Positions 8,797 to 18,394 of a stretch of DNA of 64,000 bases are shown here, piece by piece; within the stretch, counting starts at the first letter, position 1, and each line of letters begins with the position of its first letter. The notes under the pieces are model-generated. The model saw nothing but the letters and a program-made list of their open reading frames with translations, searched no databases and was not told the origin of the DNA. The translations under genes and the position numbers were made by a program. Origin of the DNA: Alphaproteobacteria bacterium (lineage in GTDB: Bacteria; Pseudomonadota; Alphaproteobacteria; RF32; CAG-239); NCBI GenBank assembly GCA_015062435.1, contig SUUR01000001.1:27503-91502 (forward strand), given 5' to 3'.

Positions 8797-10236
8797 ATGG
8801 CTGAAGAAGCAATATTAACAGATACATCTGTTCAGGACCAATGGGGACAAATCTGCAATCAATTAAAAGCAGAAGTCGGTGATACAGCTTTTGAAAGTTG
8901 GTTAAAACCTTTAAGTGTTGGTTCTTTTTCTGATGGAGTTATGAATATTTGTGTGCCAACACGCTTTATGAGAAACTGGGTGATCACTCATTACAGCGAT
9001 AGAATCCACAAAATTTGGGAAAAGAAAAATCCTGCCATTAAAAACATTAATTTTATAGTACAAGCAATTCAAGAAGAAAGTCGCAGTTTATATAATCCTA
9101 CTTGCCGCTCTCTTCTGAAAAAAATAACATCTACTCCTGCTCCGCAGAATATTTATCAGTCAGGCTCAGCAAATATTTTTGCAAACAACAACGAAGGAAC
9201 ATTAAATGACAGTCTGTCTGTTCCTTTAAACCCTCAATATACTTTTGATAATTTTGTTGTTGGTAAAACAAATGAATTTGCTTATGCTGCCGCTCGTAAA
9301 GTTGCAGAATCAAGAAATGTATCTTTTAATCCATTATTCTTGTATTCGGGTGTAGGATTAGGAAAAACTCACTTAATGCACGCTATTGCATGGCATATTA
9401 AACAACAAGATCCAACAAGAAATATTGTTTATTTATCTGCTGAAAAATTTATGTATAAATTTGTTAGAGCTTTACGCTACAAAGATACAACAGCTTTTAA
9501 AGAACAGTTCCGTTCTGTTGATGTCTTGATGGTTGACGATGTTCAGTTCATGGGGGGAAAAGACACCACTCAAGAAGAATTCTTTTATACTTTCAATTCT
9601 CTTATTGAGGAAGGACGGCAAATAATCATATCGGCAGATAAATCTCCTGCTGACTTAGAAGGAATCGAATCTCGCTTAAAATCTCGCTTGGGTTGCGGAT
9701 TAGTTGCTGATATCCACCCGACAGACTTTGATTTGAGAATGGGAATATTAAACAACAAAGCTCAACAACTTGGCGTAGAACTACCTACAAAAGTTGCTGA
9801 ATTTCTGGCCCAAAAAATCACCTCTAATATCAGAGAATTGGAAGGAGCTTTAAGAAGAGTTATAGCTCATTCTCAATTACTTTCAGATAAAGAAATAACT
9901 CTGGATATGACTCAAGATGTCTTAAAAGATATGTTGCGCTCTTATGATAAACGTACAACAATTGATGAAATTCAGAAAAAAGTAGCCGAACATTTCAATA
10001 TCTCAGTAAAAGAAATGCAATCTTCAAGAAGAGCTCGCACAGTTGCTCGCCCTCGTCAGATAGCTATGTATTTGGCAAAACAACTTACTTCTCGTTCTTT
10101 ACCGGAAATCGGTCGCAAGTTTGATCGTGATCATACTACCGTTATGCACGCAGTCAGAAAAGTAGAAGAACTGATTATAGAAGATGCATCTTTAGCTGAA
10201 AGCATTGATTGTTTGCGTCGTGCATTAGATGCCTAA
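8797..10236 (+). CDS. dnaA: chromosomal replication initiator protein DnaA
   Basis: 479 aa; Walker A GVGLGKTHL, AAA+ region, C-terminal DNA-binding helix (HTTVMHAVRKV); GGGGAG RBS. Confidence 0.95.
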   Translation: MAEEAILTDTSVQDQWGQICNQLKAEVGDTAFESWLKPLSVGSFSDGVMNICVPTRFMRNWVITHYSDRIHKIWEKKNPAIKNINFIVQAIQEESRSLYNPTCRSLLKKITSTPAPQNIYQSGSANIFANNNEGTLNDSLSVPLNPQYTFDNFVVGKTNEFAYAAARKVAESRNVSFNPLFLYSGVGLGKTHLMHAIAWHIKQQDPTRNIVYLSAEKFMYKFVRALRYKDTTAFKEQFRSVDVLMVDDVQFMGGKDTTQEEFFYTFNSLIEEGRQIIISADKSPADLEGIESRLKSRLGCGLVADIHPTDFDLRMGILNNKAQQLGVELPTKVAEFLAQKITSNIRELEGALRRVIAHSQLLSDKEITLDMTQDVLKDMLRSYDKRTTIDEIQKKVAEHFNISVKEMQSSRRARTVARPRQIAMYLAKQLTSRSLPEIGRKFDRDHTTVMHAVRKVEELIIEDASLAESIDCLRRALDA

Positions 10237-10257
10237 ATATAAACTAACCAATCATTT

Positions 10258-10288
10258 CAAGAGCTGCTTTTGCAGCTCTTTTTTTTGC
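10258..10288 (+). terminator. rho-independent terminator after dnaA
   Basis: AAGAGCTGC-TTTT-GCAGCTCTT hairpin followed by a T8 run. Confidence 0.65.
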
Positions 10289-10383
10289 AAAAAGTTGTTG
10301 AATACTTATCCTTTTATCTTCTGATTTTTGATGTTTGTGCTATGATTAGAGCCAATATTAAATAACTTTACGGATCCGAAAAA

Positions 10384-11502
10384 ATGAAATTTGTAATTGA
10401 AAGAGCTCATCTATTAAAAACACTCAGCCACGTGCAGAGTATCGTTGAAAAAAGAAACACAATTCCTGTGCTTTCAAATGTTAGAATCGAAGCATTGGAA
10501 GATGGCATAAGCTTTAAAGCTACCGATATGGATACAGAAATAACCGAAATTGCAGATGCCAAGACTGTTGAAACCGGCGCAACTACTGCTCCTGCGCATA
10601 TGTTGTATGATATTGTTCGTAAGCTATCAGACGGTTCTCAAGTTGAATTGACTTTTCCTGATGAAAAAGGACAATTGACTATTGCATCAGGAAGATCAAA
10701 GTTCTCATTATCAACTATCGGTGTTGAAGATTTCCCAGTAATATCCGGTGATAAATTACCGACAAGTTTTGTTATGGCAAAAGATGATCTTAAAGATGTA
10801 ATTGACAGAACACAATTTGCCGTTTCAACAGAAGAAACAAGATATTATCTTAATGGTTTGTATGTACATGCTAAAAAGGAAGGAAGCTCTAGCGTATTAA
10901 GAGTTGTTGCTACTGACGGACACAGATTGGCTTGTGTTGAAACTCCGCTACCACAAGGTGCGGAAGAACTTAAAGGCGTTATTATTCCTCGTAAAACAGT
11001 CTCTGAAATTCGCAAACTTTTAGATGATAATTCCGTAGAAAATGTTACAGTAGAAATCTCAGAAAACAAAGTGCGTTTTACTTTATCTGATATCACCTTA
11101 ACTTCTAAGCTGATTGACGGAACATATCCTGATTATGAAAGAGTGATTCCTACCGACAACGATAAAACGCTTGAATTAAACGTAAAAGCACTTGCTTCTG
11201 CCGTTGATCGTGTTTCTGTTGTTGCAGAAAGAACACGTGCAATCAAAATGATTACTCATAAAGATAAGGTTACTATAATAACATCCAGTCCTGATTTGGG
11301 TAATGCTTCTGAAGATTTAGATGCAAAGTATGAAAATGAATCTTTGGAAATAGGCTATAATTTTCGTTATTTGTTAGATATTTTAGCTGAGATTAAAGGT
11401 GAAACGGTAAGAATATCTTTTGCTGATGGCTCATCTCCTTCTGTTATTCATGATACAAGTGATGCAAGCGCAATTTATGTATTGATGCCTATGCGAGTAT
11501 AA
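10384..11502 (+). CDS. dnaN: DNA polymerase III beta sliding clamp
   Basis: 372 aa; MKFVIERAHLLKTLSHVQ N-terminus; position after dnaA. Confidence 0.9.
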   Translation: MKFVIERAHLLKTLSHVQSIVEKRNTIPVLSNVRIEALEDGISFKATDMDTEITEIADAKTVETGATTAPAHMLYDIVRKLSDGSQVELTFPDEKGQLTIASGRSKFSLSTIGVEDFPVISGDKLPTSFVMAKDDLKDVIDRTQFAVSTEETRYYLNGLYVHAKKEGSSSVLRVVATDGHRLACVETPLPQGAEELKGVIIPRKTVSEIRKLLDDNSVENVTVEISENKVRFTLSDITLTSKLIDGTYPDYERVIPTDNDKTLELNVKALASAVDRVSVVAERTRAIKMITHKDKVTIITSSPDLGNASEDLDAKYENESLEIGYNFRYLLDILAEIKGETVRISFADGSSPSVIHDTSDASAIYVLMPMRV

Positions 11503-12744
11503 ATGAATAATCTGGCGTATGATATTTATAGTGTTAATTCAGAAAAGTCAGGCGTTTCTCGCCTGACTTTAACTGACTTTAGAAACTATCAATTTTTACG
11601 TATTAATGTAAACAAAAATATCATTGTTATTTATGGCGAAAACGGTTCCGGAAAAACCAACATCCTTGAGGCGATTTCATTTTTGACACCGGGAAGGGGA
11701 ATCAGAAATGCCAAACTTGCCGATATTAAAAGAATTTCATTTAATGAAAATAATGAATATGCTCCAGAAAAAATAAGCACGTTTAATTGGGCAATAGCCT
11801 CAGAGGTTTACTTAGGAAATGAAATTTTTAATATCGGGACAGCTGTTGAACAATCATCAAGGGAAGTATTTTGCAACGATGATGTTGAAAACGGAAACAA
11901 ATGTTTTGAAAGGAGAATCGTCAAAATTGACGGCAACAAAGTATCTTCTCAAGCAGAATTAGGAAAATATATATCCGCAATTTGGTTAACACCTCAAATG
12001 GATAGATTGTTTAGAGGCGGAAGCCAACCCAGAAGAAGTTTTTTAGACAGGTTGGTTTATGCTTTTGATATGGAACATGCCAAACGAATCCTTAATTTCG
12101 AGCACTTTTATAAAGAATGGTATCGACTTCTGAAAGACAATATAATTGATGATATTTGGTTATCAGGGTTAGAAGACAATATGGCAACCTTAGGTGTTGC
12201 TATTGCTGCAGCCAGAAGAGAACAAATTGCAAGACTGAATACTTTTATAGAAAATGAACCTGATGGTGTATTCCCCAATGTACGTCTTGAACTTGATGGT
12301 ACAATAGAAAAGTTATTGGACACTCTACCAGCTATTGATGTGGAAGATAAATACAAACAAATTCTAAGGAAACAAAGAAAAAATATACTTAAAAACGAAG
12401 CCGCAGACGGGATTAACCGAACAGATTTTAAGGTTTTTTATAAGAAAAAAAATATGCCGGCGGAATTATGCTCAACAGGAGAGCAAAAGTCTTTATTAAT
12501 CAGTATGATCCTTGCTCAAGTAAAATGCCAAACCCTACATAAAGGATTTGCTCCCGTTTTATTACTAGATGAAGTTGTTGCTCATTTGGATAATGAAAAA
12601 AAAGAAGCTCTGTTAGATAAAATAAAAGAATTGGGAGCGCAAGCCTGGATTACAACGACCAATCCCGAGCTTTTCGCATCTTTGAAAAAAGAGGCTCAGT
12701 TTCTAAAAGTTGAAAACAATCAGGTAATTGAAGCTATAACTTAA
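11503..12744 (+). CDS. recF: DNA replication and repair protein RecF
   Basis: Walker A GENGSGKTN, SMC-like signature, ATG directly abutting dnaN stop. Confidence 0.85.
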   Translation: MNNLAYDIYSVNSEKSGVSRLTLTDFRNYQFLRINVNKNIIVIYGENGSGKTNILEAISFLTPGRGIRNAKLADIKRISFNENNEYAPEKISTFNWAIASEVYLGNEIFNIGTAVEQSSREVFCNDDVENGNKCFERRIVKIDGNKVSSQAELGKYISAIWLTPQMDRLFRGGSQPRRSFLDRLVYAFDMEHAKRILNFEHFYKEWYRLLKDNIIDDIWLSGLEDNMATLGVAIAAARREQIARLNTFIENEPDGVFPNVRLELDGTIEKLLDTLPAIDVEDKYKQILRKQRKNILKNEAADGINRTDFKVFYKKKNMPAELCSTGEQKSLLISMILAQVKCQTLHKGFAPVLLLDEVVAHLDNEKKEALLDKIKELGAQAWITTTNPELFASLKKEAQFLKVENNQVIEAIT

Positions 12745-13540
12745 TTTCGGCAATAACCGGTATGTGGTCTGACGGACGAGATGAAAGTCGCATTTCCTTT
12801 ATAAGCTGAACATCTACGATATTATCTTTCATTTCCGGAGTAACCCAAATATGATCCAAACGCCTACCTTTATTGTTGGTTTGCCAATTAGGATTACGAT
12901 AGCTCCACCATGAATAAATTTTTTGCGGTTCAGGATAAATTTTACGTACGGCATCTACAAAATTCAGAGAATTTAAAAGTCTGGTTATCCTTTCAACTTC
13001 TACCGGCGTGTGTGATACAATTTTAAGCAATTGTTTATGATTCCATACATCATTTTCTGATGGTGCCACATTAAAGTCCCCACACAGCAACATTTTTTTG
13101 TTATGGTAAGCCTCAATATTTTGTTCAAAATATTCAGCAATATCATCAATAAAACAGAGCTTGTGTGCAAACGATAAATTAGCTATCGGATCAGGAATAT
13201 CGCCACCTGCCGGAATATATATATTATTTATTTCGATATCCTCAAAAATTCTGGCAGAAATATATCGGGCATCTTGTTTTCCTACCCAATTTTTTTGTTC
13301 TACCGCAGTTAGCGGATAACGAGAAAGAATCGCAACTCCGTTGTAACCTGCTTGCCCATACAATGCAATATGTTCAAACCCCATATTTTTGATAGCATCA
13401 AACGGAAAATCTTCTGATTTGGCTTTAACTTCTTGCAAACAAATTATATCAGGTGAAGTTAAAGAAGATAATAATTCTAAAGCATCTAATCGAATGCGAA
13501 TCGAATTTATATTCCATGTTACAAGCTTAAATGTTGTCAT
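12734..13540 (-). CDS. xthA: exodeoxyribonuclease III
   Basis: 268 aa; MTTFKLVTWNINSIRIRL, EEP-family motifs (LCLQE, WSYR). Confidence 0.85.
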   Translation of the reverse strand: MTTFKLVTWNINSIRIRLDALELLSSLTSPDIICLQEVKAKSEDFPFDAIKNMGFEHIALYGQAGYNGVAILSRYPLTAVEQKNWVGKQDARYISARIFEDIEINNIYIPAGGDIPDPIANLSFAHKLCFIDDIAEYFEQNIEAYHNKKMLLCGDFNVAPSENDVWNHKQLLKIVSHTPVEVERITRLLNSLNFVDAVRKIYPEPQKIYSWWSYRNPNWQTNNKGRRLDHIWVTPEMKDNIVDVQLIKEMRLSSRPSDHIPVIAEIKL

Positions 13541-13543
13541 TTT

Positions 13544-14155
13544 TTACCTTTTCTTTTTGTATCCTTTAGATGCCTTCTTTTGCTCTTTAAACTTAAATAT
13601 TTTATCATCAAGCGGTTGATCTTTTTGTGCATCATACAAAGATACAGAAACTTCAACACTTTGCGGATCTACAATTTTCCATTGTTTAAGTTCCATAGGG
13701 TTGTTTGAAAAAACTAAAGTTATGGGGCCAAGATCTCCTTTATCGGCATAATCTAAAGTAATTGATGTTGAGCCGCTGTCTTGGTAAAAATCTACAACTT
13801 TTATTTTTTTACCATCAATTTTTATATCATCTCCCAAAATCAAACTAGCAGGAATATCATCATAATCAATATGAGTTACTTGTTCTAATTCGGTATCGTT
13901 ATAAACAATAAAATTACCGTCACCGACAATCAAAACATTAACCGGAGCAGCATATTCCATTCTTATCTTATTGGGTTTTTTTATAAACAATCGTCCTTCT
14001 GCCGTTGCTCCGTTACTTGCCATCTGAACAAAAGTAGCTTGCAGACTCTTAATGTTGTTTAAGTATGTTTCTATCTTACGCAGATTTTCAGAACTTTGTG
14101 CATGTGCATTACTCCAGAACATAACCCCAAGTAAAATTGCAAAAATTTTTTTCAT
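13544..14155 (-). CDS. lolA: outer-membrane lipoprotein carrier protein LolA
   Basis: 203 aa; signal peptide and LolA-like N-terminal region (LQATFVQ...). Confidence 0.65.
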   Translation of the reverse strand: MKKIFAILLGVMFWSNAHAQSSENLRKIETYLNNIKSLQATFVQMASNGATAEGRLFIKKPNKIRMEYAAPVNVLIVGDGNFIVYNDTELEQVTHIDYDDIPASLILGDDIKIDGKKIKVVDFYQDSGSTSITLDYADKGDLGPITLVFSNNPMELKQWKIVDPQSVEVSVSLYDAQKDQPLDDKIFKFKEQKKASKGYKKKR

Positions 14156-14227
14156 TTTTATAGTTCCTTTATCTGTAAAACTTTGATTATTATATAATCA
14201 ATAAATACATTTAGTAAACCAAAGAAT

Positions 14228-14257
14228 GCCCCCTGTCAGCAAATATTGACAGAGGGC
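14228..14257 (-). terminator. hairpin between small ORF and lolA
   Basis: GCCCCCTGTCA..TGACAGAGGGC inverted repeat; U-rich flank on the minus strand and T/A run on the plus strand. Confidence 0.4.
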
Positions 14258-14275
14258 TTTTATAAAAAAATAATC

Positions 14276-14422
14276 TTAATATTTAGAACCGCACCCACAA
14301 CTGCTTTTTGATGAGGCTTTGTTATCATCTTTTGTTGACTTTGATGATGTGTTTTGTGAATTGTTAGAACTTGAAGAAGCAGACATTTTTGATGGCTGAT
14401 CTCTCATATCTTTACATGACAT
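14276..14422 (-). CDS. unannotated small ORF: 48-aa Ser-rich peptide ending CGCGSKY
   Basis: Minus-strand ATG at 14422 with perfect AAGGAG 8 nt upstream; translation MSCKDMRDQPSKMSASSSSNNSQNTSSKSTKDDNKASSKSSCGCGSKY; hairpin immediately downstream; below the 60-aa cutoff of the ORF track. Confidence 0.35.
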   Translation of the reverse strand: MSCKDMRDQPSKMSASSSSNNSQNTSSKSTKDDNKASSKSSCGCGSKY

Positions 14423-14513
14423 AATATTTTCTCCTTATAAATTACAAAAAGTTCAAAAATATATGTAAGAATACTTTTTACTAAAACAACACCCCTATCC
14501 TAAAGGTTAATAT

Positions 14514-15449
14514 TTAAAAACCGCTATTACGACTTTTAAATATTCCGTTTTCAAAACCTTGTATTTGAGGATTAGAATCCGCAATATCCAATCTTTTCAG
14601 AGCCAATGCCGCATATTCTTTTTCTTGTTCTATTCCAAGATATTTGCGTCCTAATTTTTTGGCGACAACAGCAGTAGTTCCGGATCCTAAAAACGGGTCA
14701 AAAACAAAATCGCCTTCATTACTTGATGCTAAAATCAGCTTGGCAATCAATTTTTCCGGTTTCTGAGTCGGGTGATTGGTGTTTTCCGGCATAGACCAAA
14801 AAGGAATGGAGATATCAGTCCAAATATTTGACGGTGATGTGAGTCTAAATTTGTTTCCGGAACTCTCTTGCCAATCTTTGGGATTGCCTTTTTTATCTCG
14901 GTACGGAGCCAACACCGGACGTTGTATTTTTACAGAATCAAGATTAAAAGTATAATTTTTACTTTTGGTAAAAAACCAAATATCTTCTAAACAATTTTTC
15001 CAATTGTTGTTTGCACCTCTTCCTTTCTCACGCTCCCATGAAATGCGATTTTGAAGCAAAAAATATTTGCCTGCAATTTCCGGTATAAATAAAGATGTTT
15101 TCCAATCAGAGCATATATATATTGAAGCATTATCTTTTAATAATCTAACCGTTTTTGATAACCAAGAATCTAACCACGCTAAGTATGATTCCGCTTCCAT
15201 TGCTTTAAAGATGTTTTTTCCAAAGTTTTTCGTAAGATTATAAGGAGGATCAACGATCATCAAATCAACAAAAGAAGACGGAAGATATTCCATTGCTTTA
15301 AAACAATCTTGGCATATTACCTGATTTTGAATATCGGATAAATTTGTTGCTGAATTTAATTTGATTGCCTGTGATATGTATAAAGCCGCCTCTATTCGGG
15401 ACAGCTCTATTGTTTTGTTGCGTGGGGCTTTGTTTTTTTTAGCAACCAA
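14514..15449 (-). CDS. orphan beta-class DNA N6-adenine (or N4-cytosine) methyltransferase, CcrM/M.HinfI-like
   Basis: Catalytic DPPY motif (MIVDPPYNL) precedes the AdoMet motif FDPFLGSGTT, the beta-class order; 311 aa; no restriction enzyme gene adjacent; start lies 2 bp from the HPr stop. Confidence 0.8.
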   Translation of the reverse strand: MVAKKNKAPRNKTIELSRIEAALYISQAIKLNSATNLSDIQNQVICQDCFKAMEYLPSSFVDLMIVDPPYNLTKNFGKNIFKAMEAESYLAWLDSWLSKTVRLLKDNASIYICSDWKTSLFIPEIAGKYFLLQNRISWEREKGRGANNNWKNCLEDIWFFTKSKNYTFNLDSVKIQRPVLAPYRDKKGNPKDWQESSGNKFRLTSPSNIWTDISIPFWSMPENTNHPTQKPEKLIAKLILASSNEGDFVFDPFLGSGTTAVVAKKLGRKYLGIEQEKEYAALALKRLDIADSNPQIQGFENGIFKSRNSGF

Positions 15450-15451
15450 AA

Positions 15452-15727
15452 TTACTCTTCCCCAAATTTGTTGTTTAACAATGCTTCCAAAGCTTCCAAT
15501 GCAGCAACTTTATCTTTGCCTTTGCAAGTAACTTTTATGGTTGTGCCTTTAGAAGCTGCCAGCATCATTAATCCCATTATAGAGCAACCGCTAACGCTTT
15601 GTCCTATACGTTCCACTTCTACTTCAACATCAAATGGTTCTAGTGTTTTAACAAAAGATGCTGCTGCTCTGGCGTGCAACCCTTTTTTGTTTTTTATCTC
15701 AAGCTCTTTTTCTATGCTATCACTCAT
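15452..15727 (-). CDS. ptsH: HPr-family phosphocarrier protein
   Basis: 91 aa; active His in GLHARAA; regulatory Ser region GQSVSGCSIMGLM. Confidence 0.8.
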   Translation of the reverse strand: MSDSIEKELEIKNKKGLHARAAASFVKTLEPFDVEVEVERIGQSVSGCSIMGLMMLAASKGTTIKVTCKGKDKVAALEALEALLNNKFGEE

Positions 15728-15729
15728 AG

Positions 15730-16128
15730 TTACTGTCCCAATAATTGTGATGCGATATTGATGTATTTTTTACCGGCTTCTTGAGCACCTTCAACCGTGC
15801 CTTTGAGGTCTTTTTCTTTTCGTAATGAAGCTATTTTAATGAGCATCGGTAAATTTACTCCGGCAATAATTTCTACCTTAGCTTTATCCATAATGGAAAT
15901 AGCTAAATTGGACGGAGTACCGCCAAACATGTCAGTTAAAACCACAACACCTTTTCCGGAGTTAACATCTTCTACTTTTTTGATTATTTCACTACGGCGT
16001 ACTTCCATATCATCTTCAGGTCCTATACAAACCGTTGCGACGTTTTCCTGTTTACCAACAACATGTTGCATTGCGGATATAAATTCATTTGCCAAATTAC
16101 CATGTGTTACTACTACCAAGCCTATCAT
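15730..16128 (-). CDS. PTS EIIA component, mannose/fructose family (EIIA-Man-like)
   Basis: 132 aa; MIGLVVVTHGNLA with phosphorylatable His near the N-terminus. Confidence 0.7.
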   Translation of the reverse strand: MIGLVVVTHGNLANEFISAMQHVVGKQENVATVCIGPEDDMEVRRSEIIKKVEDVNSGKGVVVLTDMFGGTPSNLAISIMDKAKVEIIAGVNLPMLIKIASLRKEKDLKGTVEGAQEAGKKYINIASQLLGQ

Positions 16129-16144
16129 TTTTACCTCCGAAGCT

Positions 16145-16558
16145 TTAAGAATTGTTGGTCCAGACTTTTACGGCTCCAAACTCTTTGAGTAAGTCTTCTC
16201 TACTTTTAGACTTAACAAGCTCATCAGCTCTGGTAGACTTTCCTTCAAAAACAATTTCTTCCACATTATCTACCGGAACACCATATGTGCGTTCTACCAT
16301 TTTGCCTTTAAGTTCAACTATCAAAACAAATTCTGATTCTGCTAACGGAGCAACCGTTTCTTCATTTATATTATCCAGTCTAACGGCTAAGCGAGAATCC
16401 CTTTTTAACAAGGCAGTTTGCTTGCCATCAAACTCTAACACCGGATTTAAAGGAGCTCCTTCTCGAGCATCTATAAAAATAGCAAGTTCTCCATATTTAT
16501 TTTCAATAATTTCATAAAAATCCTGTTTTTCAATTAATGTATAGTATTGTGTTTCCAT
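16145..16558 (-). CDS. hypothetical protein, first gene of the EIIA-HPr-methyltransferase string
   Basis: 137-aa ORF, 16 bp upstream of EIIA-Man on the same strand; no motif recognised. Confidence 0.4.
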   Translation of the reverse strand: METQYYTLIEKQDFYEIIENKYGELAIFIDAREGAPLNPVLEFDGKQTALLKRDSRLAVRLDNINEETVAPLAESEFVLIVELKGKMVERTYGVPVDNVEEIVFEGKSTRADELVKSKSREDLLKEFGAVKVWTNNS

Positions 16559-16575
16559 AACCTTTACCTCAGCGG

Positions 16576-16604
16576 TTGCATAAAATCTTTATTGATGGTA
16601 TAAT
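16576..16604 (+). promoter_or_regulatory. sigma70-like promoter for the ABC exporter gene
   Basis: TTGCAT (16576-16581), 17 nt spacer, TATAAT (16599-16604); about 24 nt before the first ATG of the ORF. Confidence 0.4.
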
Positions 16605-16627
16605 ATTAATATAAAAGTGTCAATTTA

Positions 16628-18394
16628 GTGTTAAAAAGTAATCGAAATATGGAAAAAAACGCATCTAAATTTATTTGGCATTATGCAAAAATTTTTAAGT
16701 TTGCCCTTATCGCTATGCTTTTTTTACTGATTATAGGACAAATATGCAGACAATTTGTACCTTTTTATTTAGCAAAAATATATGAAACCGTATCTTCAGC
16801 AAATATTGATGATAATGTATGGAATAATTTAATAAACTTTATTTTGCTTGCGTTTATATTACAATTATCAGGTACGGCTATTCCTAATAGCGGATTTATA
16901 ATAACTGCAAAAATTACTCCCCAAATCAGAACCATTGTCATCAGTGATGTTTTTGATTATGTAAACAAACATTCTATTGCTTATTTTTCAGAAGAAATGG
17001 CCGGAAACATATCTAATAAAGTTCAACAATTACAAAGCGGCGTTACGGAACTGTTTCATCATAGTTTAGATAGTGTTTGGAGTATTTGCTATGTCATAAT
17101 CGGGGTCGTTGTATTAAGCTCCGTAAGTATGTGGTTAACACCTGTTTTTATTTTGTGGTCCGTGATAATGATCTCTTTAGGTTTTTTCTTAGGAAAAAAG
17201 CTACACAAACTATCAAAAGATTCCAGTAACAAACAAAGTTTGGCAAACGGAATGATCGTGGATTCAATCGCTAATTATTCCGAAATAAAAAGTTTTTCTA
17301 ATTTTAAATTTGAAAAACTTAACTTGCTTAAGGCCCTGAGAATTTTAAGAAAATCAGAAAGTAAAGAAGAATTGGGTAGGGCTATTATTATCTTTACTCA
17401 ACATACTTCTATCGTTATATCTTTTTTATTGTTTATGATTTATACGGCATGGTTGTTGAAAAACAGTATTTTAACTCCGACAGATTTTATATTTGTAAAC
17501 GGATTGTTTGTAACTATGTCCGGTGTGATTTTTAGCATCACATACGGATACAATCAGTTGTCACGTATTTTGGGAAAAATTAATTCTGCTCTGGAAACTT
17601 TAGCGGTTGAGCCTGAAATAACAGATATGCCTAAGGCTCAAAAACTAAACATCAAAAAAGCAAATATTTGTTTTGAAAATGTTGATTTTTCTTACAAAAA
17701 TAGTCGAAATATTTTCTCAGGACTTAATGTCAAGATTAATGCCGGTGACAAAATCGGATTGGTTGGAGCAAGCGGAGCAGGAAAATCTACCTTCATAAAA
17801 TTATTGGCCAGATACTATGATGTTAAAAAAGGCAAAATATTAATAAACGGAATTGATATTCGGAATATAACTCAAGACTCTTTGCACAAACATATTGCCA
17901 CCATTCCTCAAGATGTGTGCTTGTTTAACCGCTCTTTGGCTGATAATATTCGTTATGGTAAAACAAATGCATCTATGGCAGAAATTATTACTGCCTCCAA
18001 AAAAGCTTCTGCTCATGAATTTATTAAGAATTTAGATGGTAAATATAATGCAAAAGTCGGAGACAGAGGTGTGATTTTGTCCGGTGGTGAAAGGCAAAGA
18101 GTGGCTATTGCCCGTGCCATACTGAAAAATGCACCGATATTAATATTTGATGAAGCAACCTCAGCACTTGATACAGAAAATGAAAAATATATTCAAAAAT
18201 CTTTGGCAAAGCTTATGAAAGGAAAAACGGTTATTGCTGTTGCACATAGATTATCTACTTTATTGGAAATGGATAGAATCTTGGTGTTTGATAATGGTAA
18301 AATTATTGAGGAAGGAACTCATGAGGAGCTTTTACAAAAACAAGGAAAATATGCAAAACTCTTTAAAATGCAAGCCGGAGGATTTTTGAAGTAA
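16628..18394 (+). CDS. ABC exporter, fused permease/ATP-binding protein (MsbA-like)
   Basis: N-terminal six-TM domain; C-terminal nucleotide-binding domain with Walker A GASGAGKST, signature LSGGERQRVAIARA, Walker B ILIFDEATSALD. Confidence 0.8.
   Translation: MLKSNRNMEKNASKFIWHYAKIFKFALIAMLFLLIIGQICRQFVPFYLAKIYETVSSANIDDNVWNNLINFILLAFILQLSGTAIPNSGFIITAKITPQIRTIVISDVFDYVNKHSIAYFSEEMAGNISNKVQQLQSGVTELFHHSLDSVWSICYVIIGVVVLSSVSMWLTPVFILWSVIMISLGFFLGKKLHKLSKDSSNKQSLANGMIVDSIANYSEIKSFSNFKFEKLNLLKALRILRKSESKEELGRAIIIFTQHTSIVISFLLFMIYTAWLLKNSILTPTDFIFVNGLFVTMSGVIFSITYGYNQLSRILGKINSALETLAVEPEITDMPKAQKLNIKKANICFENVDFSYKNSRNIFSGLNVKINAGDKIGLVGASGAGKSTFIKLLARYYDVKKGKILINGIDIRNITQDSLHKHIATIPQDVCLFNRSLADNIRYGKTNASMAEIITASKKASAHEFIKNLDGKYNAKVGDRGVILSGGERQRVAIARAILKNAPILIFDEATSALDTENEKYIQKSLAKLMKGKTVIAVAHRLSTLLEMDRILVFDNGKIIEEGTHEELLQKQGKYAKLFKMQAGGFLK

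Noticed and set aside
15468-16192. Plus-strand ORFs of 97 and 131 aa
   Set aside because: They are antisense to the HPr and EIIA-Man genes, whose catalytic motifs are clear on the minus strand.
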